Of a stretch of DNA of 64,000 nucleotides, positions 52,290 to 64,000 are shown piece after piece (position 1 is the stretch's first letter; each line of letters begins with the position of its first letter). Origin of the DNA: Heterodontus francisci (Eukaryota); NCBI RefSeq assembly GCF_036365525.1, contig NC_090417.1, forward strand, positions 62,001 through 126,000, written 5' to 3'. The notes under the pieces are model-generated. The model ran no database searches. It was given only the letters and a program-made list of their open reading frames with translations, and was not told the origin of the DNA. A program made the position numbers and the translations under genes.

Positions 52290-54122
52290 AGAAGGAACTG
52301 AAGCAAGGAGTCAGGAATGTCATTGCCAAACAGGATTAAGGAAAATCCCAAGGCTTTTTATATGTATATGAAGAGCAAGAGGGTAACCAGGGAAAGGGTT
52401 GGCCCACTCAAGGACAGAGATGGGAATCTATGTGTGGAGCCAGAGGAAATGGACGAGGTACTAAATGAGTACTTTGCATCAGTATTCACCAAGGAGAAGG
52501 ACTTGGTGGACGAGGGAAGGGAGTGTAGATAGTCTCAGTCATCTCATTATCAAAAAGGAGGTGGTGTTGGGGATCTTGCAAAGCATTAATGTAGGTAAGC
52601 CCCCAGGGTCTGATGGGATGTAACCCAGAATACTGAGGGAGGCAAGGGAAGAAATTGCTGGGGCCTTGACAGAAATCTTTGCATCCTCATTGGCTACAGG
52701 TGAGGTCCCAGAGGACTGGAGAATAGCCAATGTTGTTCCTTTGTTTAAGAAGGGTAGCAAGGATAATCCAGAAAATTATAGGCCGACGAGCCTTACGTCA
52801 GTGGTAGGGAAATTATTAGAGAGGATTCTTCGGGAAAGGATTTACGCCTATTTGGAAACAAATGGACTTATTAGCGAGAGGCAGCATGGTTTTGTGAAGG
52901 GGAGGTCGTATCTCACTAATTTGATTGAGTTTTTTGAGGAAGTGACAAAGATGATTGATGAAGGAAGGGCAGTGGATGTTATCTATATGGACTTCAGTAA
53001 AGCCTTTGACAAGGTCCCACATGGCAGATTGATACAAAAGGTGAAGTCACATGGGATCAGAGGGGAGCTGGCAAGATGGATACAGAACTGGCTCAGTCAT
53101 AGAAGACAGAGGGTAGCTGTGGAAGGGTGCTTTTCTGAATGGAGGGATGTGACTAGTGGTGTTCCGCAGGGATCAGTGTTGGAACCTTTGCTGTTTGTAG
53201 CTGGTCTGATTAGTAAGTTTGAGGATGACACAAAGGTTGGTGGAGTTGCGGACAGTGATGAGGATTGTCAGAGGATACAGCAGGATATCGATCAGTTGGA
53301 GACTTGGGCGGAGAAATGGCAGATGGAGTTTAATCCGGACAAATGTGAGGTAATGCATTTTGGAAGGTCTAATGCAGGTGGGAAGTATACAGTAAATGGC
53401 AGAACCCTTAGGAGTATTGACAGGCAGAGAGATCTGGGCGTACAGGTCCACAGGTCACTGAAAGTGGCAACGCAGGTGGATAAGGTAGTCAAGAAGGCAT
53501 GTTTGCCTTCATCAGTCAGGGCATAGAGTATAAAAATTGGCAAGTCATGCTGCAGCTGTTTAGAACTTTAGTTCGGCCACACTTAGAATATTGTGTGCAA
53601 TTTTGGTCGCCACACTACCAGAAGGATGTGGAGGCTTTGGAGAGGGTACAGAAGAGGTTTACCAGGATGTTGCCTGGTCTGGAGGGTATTAGCTATGAGG
53701 AGAGGTTGGATAAACTCAGATTGTTTTCACTGGAACGACGGAGGTGGAGGGGCGACATGATAGAGGTTTACAAAGTTATGAGCGGCATGGACAGAGTGGA
53801 TAGTCAGAAGCTTTTTCCCAGGGTGGAAGAGTCAGTTACTGGGGGACATAAGTTTAAGGTGAGAGGGGCAAAGTTTAGAGGGGATGTGCGAGGCAAGTTC
53901 TTTACAGAGGGTGGTTAGTGCCTGGAACTTGTTGCCAGGGGAGATGGTGGAAGCAGGTACCATAGAGACGTTTAAGAGGCATCTTGACAAATACATGAAT
54001 AGGATGGGAATAGAGGGATATGGGCCCCGGAAGTGCAGAAGGTTTTAGTTTAGGCAGGCATCAAGATCGGCGCAGGCTTGGAGGGCCGAATGGCCTGTTC
54101 CTGTGCTGTACTGTGTTCTTTG
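52290..54122 (+). mobile_element. CR1 LINE, 5'-truncated, about 1.8 kb (RT and tail)
   Basis: ORFs 52666-53526 and 53499-53918: [43 protein letters not shown]; tail gggccgaatggcctgttcctgtgctgtac. Confidence 0.95.
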
Positions 54123-55199
54123 ATCTGCTGCTGCTTAGCCTCTGTTGTAGTAGAGGCAGGGGTTTTTAAGGTTCAGCATGCAAGCAATTCTTGTTAGGTG
54201 AAATCGGTAATTTATAGCTGCCGAAGTAGTGAACCTGCTGTTCTGGGGGTGAGAGAGGTTGCCACTCAGTATCATCCGAAAGGCATGAGACACACTTGCA
54301 AAGGTTCCTCCCAAGGGCTCCCAGCATTCTATATCACATTTCATCGAGGAGTGTCTAAAAAGTTTGGCCTCATTAAAAAAGGTTCCACTTTTCTGCCTCC
54401 TTCCAGTACTCTGATCATCTTTTTTCAGGTGCCTCAAAGACTAACATGGGCCGTCTACTTTATAGCTACCTAGCAGTCAACTAAGTCGTGCCAAAAGTTG
54501 ACTGCTCGCCTGGTGTTCCCTCAGCATGTTTCTGAATTCTTCAGCTATCCTCACCCTGTTAAATCCTCTACTTTAAAAATTGCCAACCCACTCTCCCCAG
54601 CTCAGCGCTCCAACATTACCCAGGAGTTGCATTCAGCTGATTGGGTTGCCAATAAGCTGTGAATTCTGTGAATGTGGGGGTCAGCACTCGAGTGGGGTGC
54701 GCATAAAGAAGCTTGCCTCCACAGCAAGTGGCCACTGGGAAGGTCAGGTCATGTGTTTCATGAAATGAAACAGAACAGATCTCCAATATGTTATAATTCA
54801 ATCAGTATCCTTCTTGTGACCTTCACTGTGCCAGAAACCCTTGTAATGGTTAGGCAGTGGCATTACCTAGCAAGATTTCAGTGGGAAATACAGGAACTCG
54901 GAGTACCTGTATATGTTACACTGTACGAGCTGCCTCAGGCAGATTTATAATGGCCCTGTTGAACAGTCCTGATTCACGGGAGGATAGGTCAGATTTAAAC
55001 GCAGCACCTTGCTCTACACGGAGAGGCTCTGTTGCCTCGCACACAAAACGAGGGATTATGAGAGGACACGCAGACCATAATGGGATATGGCACAACAGCT
55101 ATTGCTCATTGCTTACTGAAAGCATTAGTATAAAGAACTCGTTGTGTGTTGAACCACCCCTCAGGCTGGAATGTGGGTGGATCATTCACAACGATTTCA

Positions 55200-56460
55200 A
55201 GATCAGAAGCAGACCATTCGGCCCATCCAGCCTGCTTTGCCATTTAATACAATCATGGCTGATCTTGGGCCTCAATTCCACTTTCTTGCCTTCTCCATAT
55301 CCCTCATTTTCCTGCAAGATCAAATATCTGTGTCTGTCTATGCCTTAAATGTATTCAATGATGGAACATAACCCTCTGGGGTATAGAATGCCAAAGATTC
55401 ATAACCCTTTAGCAGTAACATACTGTAGTAATTTCTCCTCATCTCAGTCCTGAACGATCAGCCCCTTATCCTGAGACTGTGCCCCCCGTGTTCTAGATTC
55501 CCCGATCAGCAGAAACAACCTCTCCAGTTCTACCCGAACAAGCCCTTTCACTGCCTGCCAACTTGAAAATGCCCCATTTATGCCCACTCTGTTTCCTGTC
55601 TGTTAACCAATTCTAAATCCATGCCAATAGATTACCAATAATATAACAGTTAGGGGCCCTGTAAACTACTCCCACCAAGTGTTTTCTGACTCCTGCTATT
55701 CCTAACTTCCACCCCTACATCAAGATCTTCTGAGGCCAGATCCCTTCTTATTAATGTCTTTATGTCATCCTTTACTGTCAGGGCTACCCCTCCTCCTTTG
55801 CCATTCTGTTTGTCTCAAAATATTGTGTATCCTGGAATATTCATTTCCAATCATGATCTCCTTGTGACCATGTCTCAGTAATAGCAATTAGATTTAGATC
55901 ATTTACTTCTATTCCTGCCACTAGTTCATCTATCTTATTATAGATGCTTCATGCATTCAGTCCCATTCTGTTGGCATTTACCCACATCACTACCCTGCTC
56001 CGATGCCCTGACCTCTCTGGATTTATAAATTGCCCTTTATCCAAACCCTCCACACTGCCCGTTAGTTTAAAGCCCTGTCCACAGCCCTAGTTATGCTATT
56101 GGCTAGGACACTGGGCCCAGCCCAGTTATTTTCCAAGAGTTATTTTCCTACTAATAGGATGCTGCTGTCAAGCCAGAAAGATGTTCTGCCTATCACACAA
56201 ATAGACTAGATCCTCTTCCTTGAGTATTGATGCCAGTGCCCCAAGAATCAAAACCCCCTTCTTCCCGCACCACTCTTAAAGCCACGTAACTCTCCCCCTC
56301 CCTGATGCTCCACATTGTCTGCAACTCAGTCTCCAGCTCAGCAAAAGTCATGAAAGCTGGAGACATTTACTACAGATTTGGTTGTCCAGGATTGCAGTGC
56401 ATTCCACAGATACCCACATGCTGCAGTTGCAGCACACCACCGGCCCTTCCATCTCTGTAC
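55200..56460 (-). mobile_element. Fragmented CR1 pieces
   Basis: Tail ccattcggcccatccagcctgct; endonuclease and ORF1-region pieces similar to 59400-59800. Confidence 0.65.
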
Positions 56461-57077
56461 AACCATATTTATTAATTAGTTAATAACTCACACAGCTGAA
56501 GTAATGAAAAGTTGCACTCACCTACCTTGGAGTCAAAGGAAGAAGGCTCCCTAGCTCCTGGAGGCTAAAAAAAGGGAGGAAAAGAAGCCCCTTTTTTTCC
56601 TTTCTGAACCAAATTCCCACATGCACCAAATTTCTAACTTCACTTTGGCAATGTCTCAGTCAGGAAGATGTCTCCTCTCACTGCATTTGGCTAGGAAACT
56701 AGTCTGCTTTATATAGAGATTCTGATGACTCACTAGCTAGCTCAGCTTCCTGCTACAATAATTAAGACCTATTGAACCTAACTACTTTCAACTGATTGAC
56801 AGTTGACTGATCAATTGATTGAACCTGAGCTGACACAGTGACAGAAAGGGAAATGACATTTTTAATCCTATGTCTCATTTTTTAAAATTAAAAGTGAGAT
56901 TTGTTATGAAAAAGCATGTTTTTTCTCCCCCCCCCCTCAACCCCCGCCATCTTTCTCATCCAAAACACTACTGCCTGTGTCCTAAGTCACATCTGTTGCT
57001 TGCTGACCCACCTCAAATTTAAAATTCTCGTCCTTGTTTTCAATTTTTCTTTTGGTATTGCTGAAAAAGGAGACACG

Positions 57078-57113
57078 CTGTCGAAGCTTTTGGTCTTGCA
57101 CTCATCAGGACAG
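57078..57113 (-). ncRNA. Minimal type I hammerhead ribozyme motif (core G12>C)
   Basis: Minus strand CUGUC-CUGAUGA-GU gcaag AC-CAA-AAGCUU-C-GACAG: 5-bp stem I, 2-bp stem II, palindromic stem III AAGCUU, UC cleavage site. Confidence 0.7.
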
Positions 57114-57415
57114 ACCCAAGAATGCCAAATTTCAAAGGGATCAACAATTTATACTGCATGCGAAAAGGGTGCTGATTGGTTGCCAAGTCAACTCTGATTG
57201 GTCGAGGCATTGTCACGGAGAATGCACCGGGGAACTATTGTCTCTCATGCTTTTGTTTACTTCAAAAAAGGCACAAAGCCTGGACATGTTCCTTTTGCTT
57301 GCAGAGGACAGTTCACTGCGTATGAATATATGTAGCTTCTAGTAAGCATAAGTGAGGCACATTACGAGCCCGACTGGCAGTCTTCAAGTTGTTGTTAGTG
57401 TAATTCTTAGCACAC

Positions 57416-57670
57416 TGCGTGGGTTTTCTCCGGGTGCTCCGGTTTCCTCCCACAAGCCAAAAGACTTGCAGGTTGATAGGTAAATTGGCCATTATAAATT
57501 GTCACTAGTATAGGTAGGTGGTAGGGAAATATAGGGACAGGTGGGGATGTTTGGTAGGAATATGGGATTAGTGTAGGATTAGTATAAATGGGTGGTTGAT
57601 GTTCGGCACAGACTCGGTGGGCCGAAGGGCCTGTTTCAGTGCTGTATCTCTAATCTAAAAATAATCTAAT
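57416..57670 (+). mobile_element. HE1-like V-SINE, 5'-truncated, inserted in the Penelope element
   Basis: V-domain and tail; flanked by CACT on both sides (possible TSD). Confidence 0.9.
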
Positions 57671-57914
57671 CACTCCGGATTGTTCGGTCAATACACTGCC
57701 CATTGCGAACAGCCAAAGGGACATGCTGTTTGATACAATCTTCCAGTCTTTGGGACATACAGCCTGCGTACCGTGCTTCGCACCAGCACTGGAATTCATG
57801 TACCACATTACCCATTTGTGTGGTAGGCAGAACATCTTTCTGGCTTGACAGCAGCATCCTATTAGTGGGAAAATAACTCTTGCTTCTCTCTCCACAGATG
57901 CTGCCAGACCTGCT

Positions 57915-60030
57915 GTGGCACTCCACTAGTTACAGCTTGGCAACCTGAAAACAACCCATTTATGCCTACTCTCTGTTTCCTGTTAGCTAGCCAATCCTCT
58001 ATCCATGCTAATATGTTACCCCACCACCACCCAATACCATGGGCTCTTATTTTGTTTAGTAACCTTTGATGTGGCACCTTGTCAGATGCCTTCTGGAAAT
58101 CCAAGTACACCACATCCACAGGTTCCCCTTTATCCACATTGCTTGTTACTTCCTCAAAGTACTCTTAACAACTTAGTTAAACACAATTTCCCTTTCACAA
58201 AACAATGTTGACTCTGCCTGATTGCATTGAGACTTTCTAAATGCTATAATCTTCTTAATAATAGCTTCTCGCATTTTCCCTATGACAGATGTTAAGCTAA
58301 TTGGCCTGTAGTTTCCTGCTTTCCTGAACAGCAGAGATATACTTGCGATCTTCCAATCTGATGAGACCTTTCCAGAATCTAGGGAATTTTGGAAAATTAA
58401 AACCAATGCATCCATCATCTCAGCAGCCACTTCTTTTAAGGCTGAAGTCCATCAGGACCTGGGGACTTGTCAGCTTTTAGTTCCAATCATTTTCTCAGTA
58501 TCCTTTCCCTGGTGATGGTAATTGTTTTAAGTTCCTCCCTCCCTTTCAACTCATGATTCACAATTATTTCTGGGATGTTATTTGTCCTCTACAGTGAAGA
58601 CATATGCAAAAAATCTGTTCAGTTCCTCCGCCATTTCCTTATTTTCCATTATTAATTCCCCAGACTCACTCTCTAGAGAACCAACACTCACTTTACTTAT
58701 TCTTTTCCTTTTTAAATACCTGCAGAAACTCTTACTATCCGTTTATATATTGCTAGCTAGCTTTCTCTCGTACTGTAATTTCTCTCTTATTCTTTTAATC
58801 ATTCTTTGTTGTTTTTTATATTCTGCCACTACTCTTTGCTAAATTGTGCACTTTTTCTTTCACTTTGATACTATCTTTAACTTAGTTAGCCATAGATGGT
58901 ACGTCCTTCCTATAGAGTCTTTCTTTCTCAATGGAATGTATCTTTGCTGGGTGTTATGAAATATTTCTTTAAATGTCTGCCACTGCATCTCTAATGGCCT
59001 ATCCCTTAACCGAATTTCCCAGTTTACTTTAGCTAGCTCTGTCCTCAAATCCTCATAATTACCCTTATTTAAGTTTAAAACACTCGTCTTAGATCCACTC
59101 TTCTCATCCTCAAACTAAATGCAAAATTCAATCATGTTGTGATCACTGCTACCTAGGGGCACCTTTACTATGAGGTCATGAATTAATTCTGTCTCATTAC
59201 ACATTACCAGATCTACAGTAGTCTGCTTTCTGGTTCGCTCCAGTACGTGCTGCTCTAAGAAACTGTCCCGAAAACATTCCATAAACTCATCTCCCAGGCT
59301 ACCTTTGCCAATCTGATTTTTCCAATCTATCTGTAGATTAAAATCACCCATGATTATCGCCATACCTTTCTCACAAGCCCTCATTATTTCTTTCCATATA
59401 CACCGTCTTACAGGATGGTTACTGTTAGGGAGCCTATAAACTACTCCCACAAGTGACTTCCGACCTTTACTATTTCTTATCTCTACCCAAACTGATTCTA
59501 CATCTTGATTTTGAGAATTATTCTCACTTTGCTTTCTTGCCTTGTCCTCTCTCTTTAATTTATTGAATCTTCTCTCACTTGATCCCTTGCCCCCAATATT
59601 AAGTTTAAAGCCCTCTCTACCACCCTAGTTATGTGACTCGACAGAACACTGGTTCCAGCACGGTTCAGATGAAGACCGTCCCAACGGTCCGGCTCCCACT
59701 TTCCCCAGTACTAGTGCCAGTGCCCCATGACTCAAAACCCATTTCTCCCACACCAATCTTTGAGCCACACATTTAACTCTCTAATCTTATTTACCTTACT
59801 CCAATTTGCTCATGACTCAGGTAATAAGCCTGAGCTGCTCACACTCTCTATGCAGAACCTCTTGCCGAGTCCTACCCATGTCTTTGGTACCTACGTGGAC
59901 CACAACAACTGGATCCTCCCCCCTTCCCACTGCAAGTTCCTCTGCAGCCCTGAGCAGATGTCCTGAAGCCTGGCACTGGGCAGGCAACACAGCCTCGCGC
60001 ACTTGGCTGCAGAGAACGGTGTCAGGTCCA
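57915..60030 (-). mobile_element. CR1 LINE, decayed, with ORF1 esterase, endonuclease and RT start
   Basis: PVVVVHVGTKD (ORF1 SGNH-like), GVVYR..IMGDFN..LGSSDHN (APE), NYRPISLTS, YLDFQKA.DKVPH. Confidence 0.9.
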
Positions 60031-60049
60031 AAAGTGGCAGCCTAAACCC

Positions 60050-61825
60050 CATTCATTTTTTTTTTGTGGAATGTGAGCAACATTGGCAAGGCCAGCATTC
60101 ATTGACCATCCCTAATTGCCCTGAGAATGTGGTGGAATTCCCAGCCTCTGACCTGCTCTTGTAGCCACAGTATTTATATGGCTGGTCCAGTTAAGTTTCT
60201 GGTCAGTGGTAGTGCCCAGGATATTGATGGTGTGGGATTCAGTGATGGTAATGCCATTCAACATCAAGGGCAATGGTCAGATATCTGTTGTTGGAGATGG
60301 TCATTGCCTGGTATTTGTGTGTTGCGAATGTTACTTGCCACTTATCAGCCCAAGACTGGATGTTTTTTTTAATTCATTCAGGGATGTAGGCATCACTGGC
60401 CAGGCCAGCATTTATTGCCCATCCCTAATTGCTCTTGAGAAGGTGGTGGTGAGCTGCCTTCTTGAACTGCTGCAGTCCATTTGGGGTAGGTATACCAACA
60501 ATGCTGTTAGGAAGGGAGTTCCAGGATTTTGGCCTAGCGACAGTGAACGAACGGCGATATAGTTCCAAGTCAGGATGGTGTGTGACTTGGAGGGGAACTT
60601 GCAGGTGGTGGTGTTCCCATGCATTTGCTGCCCTTGTCCTTCTAGTTGGTAGAGGTCGCGGGTTTGGAAGGTGCTGTCTAAGGAGCCTTGGTGCATTGCT
60701 GCAGTGCATCTTGTCGATGGTACACACTGCTGCCACTGTGCGTTGGTGGTGGAGGGAGTGTATGTTTGTAGATGGGGTGCCAATCAAGCGGGCTGCTTTG
60801 TCCTGGATGGTGTCGAGCTTCTTGAGTGCTGTTGGAGCTGCACCCATCCAGGCAAGTGGAGAGTATTCCATCACACTCCTGACTTGTGCCTTGTAGATGG
60901 TGGACAGGCTTTGGGGAGTCAGGAGGTGAGTTACTCGCCTCAGGATTCCTAGCCTCTGACCTGCTACTCCAGTTCAGTTTCTGGTCAATGGTAGCTCCTA
61001 GGATGTTGATAGTGGGGGATTCAGCGATGGTAATGCCGTTGAATGTCAAGGGGAATCCGTTAGATTCTCTCTTGTTGGAGATGGTCATTGCCTGGCACTT
61101 GTGTGGCGCGAATGTTACTTGCCACTTATCAGCCCAAGCCTGGATATTGTCCAGGTCTTGCTGCATTTCTAAACAGACTGCTTCAGTACCTGAGGAGTCA
61201 CGAATGGTGCTGAACATTGTGCAATCATCAGCAAACATCCCCACTTCTGACCTTATGATGGAGGGAAGGTCATTGATGAAGCAGCTGAAGATGGTTGGGC
61301 CTAGGACACTATCCTGAGGAACTCCTGCAGTGATGTCCTGGGACTGAGATGATTAACCTCCAACAACCACAAACTTTGTGCTAGGTATGACTCCAGCCAG
61401 CGGAGAGTTGTCCCCCTGATTCCCATTGATTTCATTTGTGCTCGGGATTCTTGATGCCACACTCAGTCAAATGCTGCCTTGATGTCAAGGGCAGTCACTC
61501 TCACCCCACCTTTGGAAGTCAGCTCTTTTGTCCATGTTTGGACCAAGGCTGTAATGAGGTCAGGAGCTGAGTGGCCCTGGCAGAACCCAAAATGGAGAAG
61601 GTTATCGCTGAGTAAGAGCTGCCTGATGGCACTGTTGATGACACCTTCCATTACTTTGCTGATGATTGAGAGTAGGCTGGTGGGGCGGTAATTGGTTGGA
61701 TTGGATTTATCCTGCTTCTTATGGACAGGAGATATCTTGGTAATTTTCTACTTTGACGGGTAGATGCTAGTGTTGTAGCTGTACCTGGTATAGCTTGGTA
61801 GGGGGTGTGGCTAGTTCTGGAGAAC
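60050..61825 (-). mobile_element. LINE family B copies (RT to 3' tail; younger copy nested in an older one)
   Basis: ALDIKAAFD, MFADD, WADKWQVTFAPHKC, EYSPLAWMGAAP; tails at about 60055 and 60365. Confidence 0.9.
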
Positions 61826-61829
61826 ATGC

Positions 61830-62182
61830 CTACATGGTCTCACCCCTCACTACCTCTGTAATCTTCTCCTGTCCTACAAGTATGAGAACTCTGTTTTCCT
61901 GTAATTCTAGCCTTTTATTCATCCCGTTTTTCACCGGTCCACTGTTGGTGGCCGTGCCCTCAGCTGCTTAGGACATAAGCTCTGGAATTCTCTCCCTAGA
62001 CCACACCGCCTCTTTCTCCTCATTTATGCCACTCTTTAAAACCAACTCTTTGACCAAACCTATAGTCATCCTTCCTAATAATCTTCTTACGAGACGGTGT
62101 CAGTTTTTGTCTAGTGACACGCCTGTGAAGTGCATTCGGACGTTTCACTATTGTGAAAGGAGCTGTATAAATGCAAGTTATT
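61830..62182 (+). mobile_element. L2-like LINE 3' tail
   Basis: aagctctggaattctctccctaga...gctgtataaatgcaagttattg. Confidence 0.7.
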
Positions 62183-62364
62183 GTGATTTTCCCCCTCCCC
62201 TTTCCTGGAAGTGTTGGTTCCTTTGTTGCATTTGGTTCCACAGTCACCCTCTGATGCCTCACTCAAGTAACTATTCTTCAGGTTGTGAGCTTAGGTATGG
62301 AGGGTCAGGAGGATGTACTAACTCGGGGGACGTCAAAGGCCAGCAGAAACCGATCCTAGGCAAT

Positions 62365-63965
62365 TATAAACAATTATTATCACTAGAAAAAAAGTACTCG
62401 GAAAACTAATGAGACTAAAAGCTGACAAGTCCTCTGGACCTGGTTGCCTCCATCTTAGGGTCTTACAAAAAGGGGCTGCATCGTGGATGCATTTGTTGTT
62501 ATCTTCCAAAATTCCCTAAATTCTAGAAAGGTCCCAGCGGACTGGAACACTGAAAATGTAACGCCCCTATTCAAGAACGTACCCTATTCTGGGTACTGCC
62601 TGTGTGGAGTTTGCAAGTTCTCCCTGTGTCTGCGTGGGCTTCCTCCGGGTGCTCCGGTTTCCTCCCACAAGCCAAAAGACTTGCAGGTTGATAGGTAAAT
62701 TGGCCATTATAAATTGCCCCTAGTATAGGTAGGTGGTAGGGAAATATAGGAACAGGTGGGGATGTGGTAGGAATATGGGATTAGTGTAGGATTAGTATAA
62801 ATGGGTGGTTGATGGTCGGCACAGACTTGGTGGTCCGAAGGGCCTGTTTCAGTGCTGTATCTCTAAAACTAAAAAAAAAGAAAGGAGGGAGACAGAAAGC
62901 AGGAAGCTATAGACCAGTTAGCTCAAAATGTATCATTGGGAAAATGCTGGAATCCATTATTAAGGAAGTAGTATCAGAACATTTAGAAAATCATAATGCA
63001 ATCAGGCAGAGTCAACGTGGTTTTATGAAAGGGAAATCGTGTTTGACTAATTTATTAAAGTTCTTTGAGGATGTAATGAGCAGGGTGGATAAGGGGAAAC
63101 CAGTAGATGTAGTGTATGTGGATTTCCAAGAGGCATTTGATGAGGTGCCACATAAAAGGTTACTACACATGGTTTTGGGGATAATATATTAGCATGGATC
63201 GAGGATTGGCTAACTAACAGGAAACAGAGAGTTGGGATAAGTGGGGCATTTTCAGGTTGGCAAACTGTTACTGGTGGGGCACCACAGGAATCAGTGCTGG
63301 GGCCTCAACTATTTACAATCGATATTAATGACTTGAATGAAGAGACCGAATGTATTTGTTTTACGATACAAATATAGGAAAGCAGGTTGTGAGGAGGGTA
63401 CAAAGTGTCTTCAAAGGGTTATAGATATGTTAAGTGAGTGGGCAAAAATTTGGCAAACAGAGTATAATGTGGGAAAATGTGAGGTTATTCACTTTGGTAG
63501 GAAGAATCGGAAAGCAAAATATTATTTAAATGGAGACTACAGAATGCTGCAGTACGGGGGGATCTGGGTGTTCTTGTACATGAAACATAAAAAGTTAGGT
63601 ACAGGAAGGAAAATGGAGTGTTGATCTTTATTGTAAGGGGGAATGGAGTATCAAAGTAGGGAAGTCTTGCTACAACTGTACATGGCGTTGGTGAGACCAC
63701 ACCTAGAGTACTGCGTACAGTTTTGGTCTCCTTATTTAAGGAGGGATATACTTGCATTGGAGCAGTTCATAGAAGGTTCACTAGGCTGATTCCTGGGATG
63801 AAGAGGTTGTCTTGTGAGGAAAGGTTGAGCAGGCTGGGCTGATACTCATTGGAGTTTCGAAGAATGAGAGGTGAGGCCAAGATCAGATCATCCATGATCT
63901 TATTGAATGGCAGAGCAGGCTCGAGGGGCCGAATGGCTTGCTCCTGCTCCCTCTATTCTTATGCA
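62365..63965 (+). mobile_element. CR1 LINE fragment (RT and tail) interrupted by a V-SINE
   Basis: GFMKGKSCLTNLL, YVDFQEAFDEVPH; tail ggccgaatggcttgctcctgctcc. Confidence 0.9.
62580..62880 (+). mobile_element. HE1-like V-SINE, 5'-truncated
   Basis: Interrupts the CR1 sequence ctattcaagaa|aggagggagacag; AAGAA on both sides. Confidence 0.9.
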
Positions 63966-64000
63966 TTGCTCAGAAATTTCATAACCAGATAATACCACAA

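Larger units (their letters stand above)
57050..57870 (-). mobile_element. Penelope-like element family 2 (GIY-YIG region and 3' UTR), split by a V-SINE
   Basis: KDVLPTTQMGNVVHEFQCWCEARYAG..SQRLEDCIKQHVP (decayed GIY-YIG). It continues after the SINE as ECAKNYTNNN...HLCLLEATYI...LCKQKEHV. Confidence 0.8.

Noticed and set aside
52666-53918. Functional reverse transcriptase gene
   Set aside because: 5'-truncated CR1 with a deletion before the catalytic motif, FEDD in place of FADD, a frameshift and upstream stops.

Overview
Eukaryotic, repeat-rich vertebrate genomic DNA. The repeat landscape (HE1-like V-SINEs, SacSINE1-like DeuSINEs, abundant CR1 LINEs, Penelope elements) points to a cartilaginous fish; this is inference. 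Two complete spliced genes can be read directly and are arranged tail-to-tail. (1) A heparan sulfate 3-O-sulfotransferase 1-like gene on +: join 24436..24600, 25004..25768, 309 aa, signal peptide, intact PAPS-binding and catalytic motifs. (2) Histone H2A.Z.2 (H2AZ2/H2AFV) on -: five coding exons 50434..35564, 128 aa, with a CpG-island/CCAAT promoter. A probable terminal exon of an unidentified third gene lies at 349..598. The rest is mostly decayed CR1/L2-group LINEs, SINEs, solo LTRs, two Penelope families carrying minimal hammerhead-ribozyme motifs, Harbinger/hAT remnants, a 4.4-kb G-rich 29-30-bp minisatellite with higher-order structure, and a GA-rich tract. Most ORFs in the supplied track are TE debris or repeat artefacts. 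I found no convincing wholly new system. The best leads are the HS3ST1 paralogue (extra coding intron, altered substrate-gate residues), the hammerhead motifs and the orphan exon. Repeat boundaries are approximate and family names are recognised from memory, not from a search.
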